Assembly (NCBI GenBank): GCA_963794325.1
Contig: CAWCDG010000004.1
Coordinates: 1,088,001-1,152,000, forward strand
Origin: an uncultured delta proteobacterium
GTDB lineage: Bacteria; Desulfobacterota; Binatia; Binatales; Binataceae
Reading direction: 5' to 3'
Length of the DNA stretch: 64,000 nt
The notes under the pieces are model-generated. The model saw only the letters and a program-made list of their open reading frames with translations, searched no databases and was not told the DNA's origin. Position 1 is the first letter of the stretch. Every line of letters begins with the position of its first letter. The position numbers were made by a program, and so were the translations under genes. Of this stretch, positions 48,646 through 57,416 are shown piece after piece.

Positions 48646-50370
48646 ATGAATGCGGGTGAGGAACTCACCGAGGGACATCTTCTCGACGGTCGATACCGTG
48701 TGAAGAAGGTGCTCGGCGTCGGCGGGATGGGCCGAGTGTACCTGTCCAACGACACGCGCCTCGCCAACCGTCCGGTCGCGGTCAAAGAGATGATCGTCGG
48801 CGACGGAATCCAGGAGAAAAAAGCGATCGAGGATTTCACGCGCGAGGCCAACGTGCTCGCGCGTTTGTCGCATCCGGGAATTCCCACCCTGATCGATCAC
48901 TTCGCCGAGAACTCGCGGCAATATCTGGTGATGGAATTTGTCGCGGGCGGCGATTTGCAGGCGGTGCTCGACAAGCTGGGGCCCAAGGGCAAAATTGCCG
49001 AGGACAAAGTCCTGCGATGGGCGCGGCAGATGCTCGACGTGCTGGATTTTCTGCACGCACAGAAGCCGCCGATAATTTATCGAGACCTTAAGCCCGGCAA
49101 TATCATGATCGACAAGGACGGCCGCGCGATGCTGATCGATTTCGGAATCGCGCGCTTCCTGCCGCCCGGCGGACGTGGCACGCAGATCGGCTCGGTCGGC
49201 TACGCGCCGCCTGAACAGTACATGGGCAAGGTTGAGCCGCGCTCGGATTTATATTCGCTGGCCGCCACGATGCATCATCTGTTGACTGGACGCGATCCGC
49301 AACTCGAACCGCCGTTCAGCTTTCCGCCGCTGCGCTCGCTCGCGCCGGAAGTTTCGACCAGGACCGCGGACGCGATCATGCGCGCACTCGAGCAGGACGT
49401 GACCAAGCGTCAGGCGTCGGCCAAAGAGATGAAACGCGCGCTGCCAGAGCCGCCGCCGGAGAACCGGTCGGGGCAGCTCGGCCGCAGCGCCGGACTGGGC
49501 AACGCACCGAGTCAGTTATCGACCCAATCGACCGCGATGCTGAATAGTTCGCCGGCTCCTGAGCCGCCGCGCGCGACGCCGACGCCGTCGTCGTGGAAAT
49601 CGGCGGTATCGTCCAAGCCGGCTGCGTCCTCGATGCCCACGATCGTGTTGAACGAGCCGATCGCGGAGAGAGTCAAAAGCGGGGCTGGCAGCCATGCGGG
49701 CAGCACGGCGGCAAAAATCGTTGGGCCGCAGATCAAGAAGGCGATCGAGCTCGGTGGCAGGGCGCGCAGCATTATCGAGCGACGGCTCAAAGCGCTGTCG
49801 GCGAATTTGCCGAGCGATACGCCGCGCATCTCGTCGACGGCGAAGACCAAAGAGCTGAATCCGCCGGCGGCCGCTTCGTCATATGGTTCGCGGGTTGGCT
49901 CGACCAGCGATTCGGCGAATGCCGACACGAAATCGCGGGCAGGGTCGCGATCGTCCTCGTCGCGCAATTACTCGCCGCCGATTTCGACCGGGCCGGCTTC
50001 CGACGGACTTTTCCCGAACAATAAAAACGGCGCAGTCGATATATCGGCCGCGCCGGCCAAGCTGGTATCGCGTGGCGACGAAATCGAGTTCGGAATTTTC
50101 GGGATGCGCACCGTGATCGGGCGATCGAAAGACGCGGGCGACCAGCTCGATATCGATCTCAAGAAGCTCGCACACGGCGCCGAACGGGTATCGCGGCGTC
50201 ATGCGGAGATCGTGCTGCGCGGGTCGGACTACTTTATTCGCGACCTCGGCAGCCTGAACGGCACTTACGTCGCGGGGCGCGGGAAGCTCGGGCGCGACCA
50301 GCTCTACAAATTGAAAGATCGCGACCAGGTGGTGCTCGGTGGTGCTATACTGCAATTTCGAAGAGGCTAG
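48646..50370 (+). CDS. Ser/Thr protein kinase with C-terminal FHA domain (soluble)
   Basis: GVGGMG, VAVKE, YRDLKPGN, DFG, APPE; IGR, VSRRHA, DLGSLNGT. Confidence 0.93.
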   Translation: MNAGEELTEGHLLDGRYRVKKVLGVGGMGRVYLSNDTRLANRPVAVKEMIVGDGIQEKKAIEDFTREANVLARLSHPGIPTLIDHFAENSRQYLVMEFVAGGDLQAVLDKLGPKGKIAEDKVLRWARQMLDVLDFLHAQKPPIIYRDLKPGNIMIDKDGRAMLIDFGIARFLPPGGRGTQIGSVGYAPPEQYMGKVEPRSDLYSLAATMHHLLTGRDPQLEPPFSFPPLRSLAPEVSTRTADAIMRALEQDVTKRQASAKEMKRALPEPPPENRSGQLGRSAGLGNAPSQLSTQSTAMLNSSPAPEPPRATPTPSSWKSAVSSKPAASSMPTIVLNEPIAERVKSGAGSHAGSTAAKIVGPQIKKAIELGGRARSIIERRLKALSANLPSDTPRISSTAKTKELNPPAAASSYGSRVGSTSDSANADTKSRAGSRSSSSRNYSPPISTGPASDGLFPNNKNGAVDISAAPAKLVSRGDEIEFGIFGMRTVIGRSKDAGDQLDIDLKKLAHGAERVSRRHAEIVLRGSDYFIRDLGSLNGTYVAGRGKLGRDQLYKLKDRDQVVLGGAILQFRRG

Positions 50371-50376
50371 CGGCGC

Positions 50377-52416
50377 ATGATCACGTGTCCCGAATGCGGC
50401 CTGGAGGCGCTCGACGACGCCAAGTTCTGCGATCGATGCGGCCGGGGCCTGTCCAAAACGGCCTCACCGGTAGCGCAATCGTCGCCGGCCCGGCCGACGC
50501 CGCTGACAGCGGGCGCTTCGCTCAAAGATGGAATCGAAATCGTCGCGCTGACGAGTCAGACGTCGATCGAAAATCGTTACAGCGCGAAACGCGTTCGCGA
50601 GGGCAAGACCGAATCGATCGCATTGCGCGAGCGCTTCGGCCCGCATCCTGAGGAAGAAGTTGTCGAGGAACCGCCGGCCGTCGAAACACCGGCGCCTGCT
50701 GCGCCTGCCGAGGATCCCAACGGTCCGAGTGCGAAGACTGCCGAACTCAAACCGCTTTCTTCGCAAACCAACGGGACCTCATCGCCGGCTGCTCAGCCGC
50801 ATGCTTCGAGTGCGTCGGCTTCGGCCAGCACCTCGGCGGAAGGCATCCAGTCGGCGGTTGAAGACGCAAGTCCAGTCGCTGCCGAACTGGCCGAGGCTGC
50901 CGAGAACGCATCGCCAGATGAAGAGAGCGAAGCGGCGGAAGCCGCAGTCGTAGCCGAGACTCAGCAAGATTCTGCCAGCGACGACCACGCGCCTGAAGAG
51001 GAGCCGCCGGCCTTCGGTGACGATCTCGGCGAGGTTTTCGGGCGAGTGCTCGCGCTATCGCAGACCGTCAGCCATCCAGCATTTCAGCGCGCGACCGAAG
51101 GATTCGCCGAAAATGGGCGCGTGTACCTGGTTTATGCCGACGAGGAACTTAAGCCGCTCCGCCGCGGTTCCCAGAAGATGAGTGAGCCGGAAGCGATCGC
51201 GGCTGCGATACAGGTCTGCCAGGCGATTTCGTTTGTGCATCGCCGTGCGCTGCGCCTGAACGACATCTGCCCGGAATCGGTTGCGGTCGCGAAGGACGGC
51301 CGAATCAAGCTGACGGGTCTGGACTACGTCAGCAACGACAACGAGCTTCAAAGCGAGCCGATTTTCAACGACGGCTACACCGCGCCCGAGATCTATCGCG
51401 GCAAACGAGTCGATAAGCGCGCGGATATTTTTTCCGCCGGCGCGATCCTCTACACCTGGCTCACCGGCGCGAGGATTCCGAGCGAGAGCTGGCGTGAGGA
51501 AGCGGGGCCCGTGCAGTTCTATCCGCCGCATGTCGTCACGCCGCGACTCGAGAAGGCGATTCGCCGCGCGATCGCTTTCAATCCTGCTGACCGCTGGCCG
51601 GCGATCGACGAGTTCAAGGCTGAGCTGATTGCGCTGGGTGGCTCGATCCGGCTGCGCTCCGCGGCAATGACCGACGTTGGCCGCGTGCGGGAGCATAACG
51701 AGGACTCGGTGCTGGCGGTCGAGTACACTCGCGAGTCGATGGTCGAACCGGCGCAGAGCTATCTGTACGTCGTGGCCGACGGAATGGGCGGCGCCGAGGC
51801 GGGCGAAGTCGCTTCTGCAATTGCCGTCCAGACAATCCGGGGTTACATTGAAGCCCGGCTCGATACCGCACGTGGAGAAGTTAAAGACGGAGCGGAGCTG
51901 CTGACGGGCGCTCTCGAAGAAGCGAATTCGAAAATTATTGAATATGTGGCGAGCCATCCTGAATCGCGCGGAATGGGATCGACCGGCGTCTGCGCGCTGG
52001 TCACGCCGACCGACGCAGCGGTCGCGTGGGTCGGAGACAGCCGGGGATACCTGATGGAAGGTGCGACGCTCCGACAGGTCACCAGGGATCACTCGCTCGT
52101 GCAGCGGCTGGTCGAGATCGGGCAGATAACCGCTGAGGAAGCGCATACGCACGAGCACAAGAACGTGATCACGCGGTCGCTCGGCGCGCGTCAGAGCGGA
52201 CCGGCGGGTGCGGAGGCGGTCGCACTCAAGCTGAAACGCGGCGACAAGCTGCTGCTGTGCAGCGACGGGCTGACGGCGCACGCTATGGATCCTCAGATCC
52301 ACGACATCCTCGGGCGCAATGCGGATCCCTTCGACGCGGCGCGCGAATTGATCGTCGCGGCCAACGCCGGCGGCGGTACCGACAACATTTCGGTGATTGT
52401 AGTCTATGCGAGCTAG
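50377..52416 (+). CDS. Zn-ribbon + degenerate kinase + PP2C phosphatase fusion
   Basis: CPECG..FCDRCG; LNDICPES, YTAPE; TDVGRVREHNED, VADGMGG, CSDGL, GGTDNIS. Confidence 0.9.
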   Translation: MITCPECGLEALDDAKFCDRCGRGLSKTASPVAQSSPARPTPLTAGASLKDGIEIVALTSQTSIENRYSAKRVREGKTESIALRERFGPHPEEEVVEEPPAVETPAPAAPAEDPNGPSAKTAELKPLSSQTNGTSSPAAQPHASSASASASTSAEGIQSAVEDASPVAAELAEAAENASPDEESEAAEAAVVAETQQDSASDDHAPEEEPPAFGDDLGEVFGRVLALSQTVSHPAFQRATEGFAENGRVYLVYADEELKPLRRGSQKMSEPEAIAAAIQVCQAISFVHRRALRLNDICPESVAVAKDGRIKLTGLDYVSNDNELQSEPIFNDGYTAPEIYRGKRVDKRADIFSAGAILYTWLTGARIPSESWREEAGPVQFYPPHVVTPRLEKAIRRAIAFNPADRWPAIDEFKAELIALGGSIRLRSAAMTDVGRVREHNEDSVLAVEYTRESMVEPAQSYLYVVADGMGGAEAGEVASAIAVQTIRGYIEARLDTARGEVKDGAELLTGALEEANSKIIEYVASHPESRGMGSTGVCALVTPTDAAVAWVGDSRGYLMEGATLRQVTRDHSLVQRLVEIGQITAEEAHTHEHKNVITRSLGARQSGPAGAEAVALKLKRGDKLLLCSDGLTAHAMDPQIHDILGRNADPFDAARELIVAANAGGGTDNISVIVVYAS

Positions 52417-52444
52417 GCGCTTGCGACGCGCCGGCATTTAACCA

Positions 52445-54823
52445 ATGGCAACCTCTCCCAAAGACACACCGCAACAAACGGGGCCGCTCGAGGCCGGCAC
52501 CGTGCTGCAGGGACGCTACAAAATCTCGCGGCTGCTCGGCGGCGGCGGGATGGGGATGGTGTATCTCGCGAATGACCAGCGCCTGGCGAATCGTCCGTGC
52601 GCGATCAAAGAGATGGTCGATCACTTTATCGACCAGGCGCAACGAATCGAGGCCAACGAATATTTCGCGCGCGAGGCCGACACTCTCGCCCAACTGAAGC
52701 ATCAGGCGATTCCCGCAATCACCGACCGCTTCGAGCTCGCCAACCGCCATTACCTGGTGATGGAGTACGTCGAGGGGCGCAACCTCGAAGAGGAACTCGC
52801 GGTGCGTGGCGAGCCATTGCCCGAGGGACTGGTGATCGATATCGCACGTCAGTTGTGCGACGTGCTCGCCTACCTGCACGGGCTGGTGCCGCCGATAATC
52901 TACCGCGACATGAAGCCGTCGAACGTGATGCTCAATTCGAACGGGCGGGTCGTGCTGGTGGATTTTGGAATTGCGCGGCTGTTCAAGGCGGCGCGCAAGG
53001 GCACCATGATCGGTACGCTCGGCTTCGCGCCGCCGGAGCAGTACCAGGGCCTGGTCGATCCGCGCAGCGACATTTATTCGCTTGGCGCGACGCTGCATTA
53101 CGTGCTGACCGGCCGCGATCCGGAAAAGTTTCCGCCGTTCAGCTTCCCACCGGTGCGCGACTTGCGCCCGGCGGTTTCGAGCAACCTTGCCGGTGCTATC
53201 GACGCGGCCCTCGCATACGAGATGGACGGTCGGCCGGCGCGCATCCAGGAATTCCGCGACATGATGCTCTACGGACGCGGCCTCGACGCGGCGCGCGTCA
53301 ACTCGACCAGCGGGACCGGGGGTCTGGCGCAGTACCAGGATCAACTTGGGTTCGAAGACGAGCCGGTTACTTATCGCGAGCCGCGCAGCCGCCTGAGCCG
53401 CTCGATCGGCTTGGTAATTTTTCTGATCGTGCTGGCCGGGGCCGCGTTCGGCGGGACCTACCTCTATTCGAACCCGGAACTGCAGATGCGGCTCGGGTTG
53501 AAACCGCTGTTCGACGGACTGCCGTGGAAGCATGAGGAGTTGCTGGCCAAGGCGCGCGAGAATCCGCTGGAGTTTTCGACGATGACGCTGGCGCTCTCGA
53601 CTCGCGAGGGCAACGCGCTTGCGCCGCCGCAATCGAAGTTCAACGACACAGATCTCACCAACGCCCGCTATCTGAAATGGACCGCGACCTTCAAGAATCT
53701 GCTCGCGGGACTCGAAGGGCGTGACGAAAAAGTCGAGGCGCGGTTTTTCGATCCCAACGGACTTCAGATCGCGTCCAGCGATACCAATGCTTTTGTCGGC
53801 CCCGCGCAGCAAACCGCCGATTTCAGCGGCGTCGCGCTGATGCCGACGATGACCGACAAGCCCGCCGGCACCTATAAGGTGGCGCTCTACTCGGACGACA
53901 AGATGCTCACGCAGGAGAGCTTCCAGGTTAATCAGGACCTGAGCGCGAAGAACGCGGCGGTCGCGACAGAGGCGGCAGCCGCGGCGGCGGCGAAAGCTGA
54001 TGAGCGCAAGCGCGATGAAGAAGCGCGCAAGCTCGCCATGATCGACGAGCGTCGCGCCAAGCCGCTGCAACTTCGCAGCATCAACTTTCTCAACACCACC
54101 AAGACCGGTACCGCGCTGTCAGGCGCGACCGATTCGTTCAACGTGTCGAAGGTGCTGTTCGTCGGATGGCAGGTCAATTTCGACAACCGGCTCTACAAGC
54201 TGGAGCCCGGCCAGTACCGCGTCGATGCTGCTTACATCGGTCCGGACGGCCGCACCCTCGGCAGCGTAAACGATTTTCAGCCGGTGTCGCCTAACATGAA
54301 AACGGTGACCTTCAGCGGACGCGTCGGCAATTCACGCGGCGGCGCGTTTCTACCGGGCACCTACACCGTCAATTTTTATTTGAACGGCCAGTATTTCGAC
54401 GCGAAGAAATTCGAAGTGCTGGCCGATGCCAACCCGAGTCCGTACACGTCATATCCGGGAAGTGGAGGCGGCGGCGCGATCGGCAGCACGATGGGCGGCT
54501 CGACCTCGTCGGGCAATATGCTCGGACCGACCATCGCGACCGGCACTATCAGCGGTCTGCGCAGCGGCGGCAATCCCGAGATGGAATTGAGGCTGCGCCC
54601 GCAGTCCAATGGCTTCCTGCACGGCGAGCTGGTGATTCATCAGTCCGGCTTCGGCATGACGCCGATCGAAGGATTCGTGCGCGGCGACCATCTGCAGTTC
54701 CAGGTGCCATACGGCACGGAGACCTACTACTTCGAGGGCCAGCGCCGAGTCGATCAGATCAGCGGCACCTTCGAATCGACCCCATCCGGCGAGCGCGGCA
54801 CCTGGATCACCCAGGCGAACTAG
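52445..54823 (+). CDS. Transmembrane Ser/Thr protein kinase with large extracytoplasmic region
   Basis: GGGGMG, YRDMKPSN, DFG, APPE; TM IGLVIFLIVLAGAAFGG; repeated beta-rich domains. Confidence 0.93.
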   Translation: MATSPKDTPQQTGPLEAGTVLQGRYKISRLLGGGGMGMVYLANDQRLANRPCAIKEMVDHFIDQAQRIEANEYFAREADTLAQLKHQAIPAITDRFELANRHYLVMEYVEGRNLEEELAVRGEPLPEGLVIDIARQLCDVLAYLHGLVPPIIYRDMKPSNVMLNSNGRVVLVDFGIARLFKAARKGTMIGTLGFAPPEQYQGLVDPRSDIYSLGATLHYVLTGRDPEKFPPFSFPPVRDLRPAVSSNLAGAIDAALAYEMDGRPARIQEFRDMMLYGRGLDAARVNSTSGTGGLAQYQDQLGFEDEPVTYREPRSRLSRSIGLVIFLIVLAGAAFGGTYLYSNPELQMRLGLKPLFDGLPWKHEELLAKARENPLEFSTMTLALSTREGNALAPPQSKFNDTDLTNARYLKWTATFKNLLAGLEGRDEKVEARFFDPNGLQIASSDTNAFVGPAQQTADFSGVALMPTMTDKPAGTYKVALYSDDKMLTQESFQVNQDLSAKNAAVATEAAAAAAAKADERKRDEEARKLAMIDERRAKPLQLRSINFLNTTKTGTALSGATDSFNVSKVLFVGWQVNFDNRLYKLEPGQYRVDAAYIGPDGRTLGSVNDFQPVSPNMKTVTFSGRVGNSRGGAFLPGTYTVNFYLNGQYFDAKKFEVLADANPSPYTSYPGSGGGGAIGSTMGGSTSSGNMLGPTIATGTISGLRSGGNPEMELRLRPQSNGFLHGELVIHQSGFGMTPIEGFVRGDHLQFQVPYGTETYYFEGQRRVDQISGTFESTPSGERGTWITQAN

Positions 54824-55019
54824 CGGGAAGGCGAAAGGAACTTTATTGAAATGTGAAACCCTGCGCGGGTTTCACGCTTCCGCGGCAGGGGTGACCCCTG
54901 CACCCAATGTTAAGAAAAGACAAAGATGCGGGACTTCGTCCCTGTTAGAAGGTAGGGAGAGGAGATTTCTCTCCGCGATTGTTCCCCTTCCCTCGAGGGA
55001 AGGGGTTAGGGGTTAGGTT
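54823..55019. repeat. Full-length family A element plus family B copy
   Basis: Direct repeat of 46041-46162; GGGAAGGGGTTAGGGGTTAGGTT. Confidence 0.88.
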
Positions 55020-55124
55020 GCCCTGCAACAAGCTGCAACTGCGCAGCGTCACAGTACGATCTTTGTCGCGCATCACTACCAGTGAAGGCGTGTTATTCTG
55101 AACAAACCTGAAAGGAACTTCGAT

Positions 55125-55508
55125 TTGGACCTTCTCGAAGAGGCGGGGATTCCGCCGCCGAAACCGCCGATAATCACTCCCGAGGATCGCGCTGCGCTTG
55201 CGAGCATGGCGCTCGCGCAACGCCAGTTTTACTTCGTGAGCGCGTTCTTCGCGGGATTGGTCGGTGGCGCCGCGCTCGCCTACTACCTCGGCTACCACGA
55301 CATCGTTTTCACGATCTTCAAATGGGCTATTTCGGGTACCGGACTGGCGCTGATCGTGAGCGCGCTCAACATCACGAAGCTGTATTCCTTCAAGTGTCCG
55401 CGATGTAACGGGAATTACTTCTGGGGCTCACCGGTGGGAATCTTCTGGAAGCAATGCGGCACGTGCGGGCTGCCGCTCAATCTGCCTGACGTAGATCTGA
55501 CTCCGTGA
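55125..55508 (+). CDS. Small 2-TM protein with C-terminal Zn ribbon
   Basis: Two TM helices; CPRC...CGTCG; start uncertain. Confidence 0.65.
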   Translation: MDLLEEAGIPPPKPPIITPEDRAALASMALAQRQFYFVSAFFAGLVGGAALAYYLGYHDIVFTIFKWAISGTGLALIVSALNITKLYSFKCPRCNGNYFWGSPVGIFWKQCGTCGLPLNLPDVDLTP

Positions 55509-55599
55509 AATTTCCGTCTAACGACTTGGCGAAGAGCACTTTCACTGAAAGACGCTTGAACCTGACCCAAGCACGCGCAATGCTGAAGGATGATGGCAC

Positions 55600-56469
55600 A
55601 TGGCGAGTAACGTCTCCCGCGAAAAACTTCTTTTCTACGCCGCCGCCGGCGCGCTTGGCGGCTTTGCCGCATGGGGGCTCGCGGAGCCAATCCTCGGTAT
55701 CCGCTGGGTCTACGGCCGCGACATTTTGTTCGGTGCGCTGATCGGCGCGCTAATCAGCGCGTTCCTCGCCTCGATCGAAACGCTCAGCGTCGGACAGATG
55801 CGCCAGGCGGCGCGGCGATTCGTGCTCGGTGGTGCTATCGGCGCGGTCGGCGGAGCCTTGGGATTGATCATCGGCGAATTTGCATTCGACATCCTGGGCG
55901 GACTGAACGGCCGAATCCTCGGATGGGGCGTGCTTGGAATTGCAGTCGGACTCGGCGTCGGATCGGCGTCGGGATCGGCGGCGCGGCGGCGCAACGGCGC
56001 GATCGGCGGCGTGCTCGGCGGAGCGCTCGGCGGGTTTTTCTACCAGGCCCTTACCACCACCTTTCCGCAGGCGTTCGGACGCGCGATCGCGATCATCGTC
56101 CTCGGCGCACTGATCGGATTTTTCATTGGACTGGTCGGCGAGCTGCTCAAGCGCGGCTGGCTGATGGTGGTGCGCAGCCAGAGCCGTAACGCACGCGAGG
56201 GTCGCGAGTATCCGCTGGTCAAGGGCGTGACGATTATCGGCCGTGCCGAGGAAAGCGACATCGGATTGTTCGGCGATCAAAGCGTGCTCGGCAGCCATGC
56301 GATCATCCGGCGCGAGGGCAAGAATTTCATCATCAGTCCGACCGGCGGCCAGATATTCGTGAATCGACAGCCGGTGGCGGGCCGCTATCCGCTCAAGAGC
56401 GGCGACCGGCTCGAGGTGGGCGGCACGCTGTTTCTCTTCCGCGAGCGGTCCCAGGCGGCGAATCGCTAA
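55600..56469 (+). CDS. Gly-rich polytopic membrane protein with C-terminal FHA-like domain
   Basis: About 6 glycine-zipper TM segments; IIGRAEESDI, HAII, LKSGDRLEVG. Confidence 0.85.
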   Translation: MASNVSREKLLFYAAAGALGGFAAWGLAEPILGIRWVYGRDILFGALIGALISAFLASIETLSVGQMRQAARRFVLGGAIGAVGGALGLIIGEFAFDILGGLNGRILGWGVLGIAVGLGVGSASGSAARRRNGAIGGVLGGALGGFFYQALTTTFPQAFGRAIAIIVLGALIGFFIGLVGELLKRGWLMVVRSQSRNAREGREYPLVKGVTIIGRAEESDIGLFGDQSVLGSHAIIRREGKNFIISPTGGQIFVNRQPVAGRYPLKSGDRLEVGGTLFLFRERSQAANR

Positions 56470-56484
56470 GAGGCCGATAGGATA

Positions 56485-57249
56485 GTGCGGAGCCAGCCGA
56501 ACTTCAGAATCGCGCTCCTCGTCACGATCGTTTCAATTACAATTTCGATGCTTACGGGATGTTCGACCGTCAACCAGGGTGGCGGCACGGCCGCGGCGCC
56601 GACGACGTCGACGCAGACGCTCGAGTACTACCCCTACCAGGTCAAGGGATACCAAAACAGTTATCCCAAAAAGACCATCATGATCCTGATGCCGGCTGAC
56701 GCGCGCGACGCTACCAGCGAGGCCGCGCCGCTGAACGGTAACCCGGCGATCGGCGTGGTTGACGATCAATCGGGCAGCGTAACCGAGCGACTGTACAGTT
56801 CGCCGCTCGGCCCAATCTTCCAGCAAGCAATCGGACGCTCGGCGGATGAAGCCGGGTTGACCGCGTCATCCTCGACCGATGTCACCTACAAGCCCGGCGT
56901 CAAGAATGCCGACTACGTGCTCGAGAGCAAAATTCGCCGATGCTGGGTCAAGAAATCGCGCGGCGCTAACGGCCAGTATGGTCCCGTCTTGAGGTCGGTG
57001 GCCGACGTCGCACTCGACATCTCGATTTACAAGCCGCCGTTCAGTGTCCCCTTCTGGACCGGCAGCACCAACGACACCTATTACGACCCGCCGGTCGGTT
57101 CTTTCGGTCTCGGCTCCGAGGATGAAGCGGGAATCTACGACGAGCCGGGGCAGGTCTTATCGGTCGCGCTGACGCGCGCGGTCGCGGCGATTTTCCAGCG
57201 CCAGGACTTGCGCAACCTGATGCTCGAAGACGACATAAAATCCCATTAG
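56485..57249 (+). CDS. Hypothetical lipoprotein
   Basis: LTGC lipobox. Confidence 0.7.
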   Translation: MRSQPNFRIALLVTIVSITISMLTGCSTVNQGGGTAAAPTTSTQTLEYYPYQVKGYQNSYPKKTIMILMPADARDATSEAAPLNGNPAIGVVDDQSGSVTERLYSSPLGPIFQQAIGRSADEAGLTASSSTDVTYKPGVKNADYVLESKIRRCWVKKSRGANGQYGPVLRSVADVALDISIYKPPFSVPFWTGSTNDTYYDPPVGSFGLGSEDEAGIYDEPGQVLSVALTRAVAAIFQRQDLRNLMLEDDIKSH

Positions 57250-57416
57250 ACCCGCGGTTCCGTCGCGGTCTTTGAACAACCGGTTTGTTGGAATAGCCTA
57301 GATCGAGCACCGGATACTAAGGAGCCGAGGCGTGTGCGGGTGCGAATTTCCGCCGCGCCGCCGCAAATCCGGATCGTATCGTTTTTTCACTGTATGCCAA
57401 GAGGAAGGCACGCTTG

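Noticed and set aside
46552-56469. T6SS or tellurite-resistance island
   Set aside because: No structural T6SS genes or terABCD genes in the window
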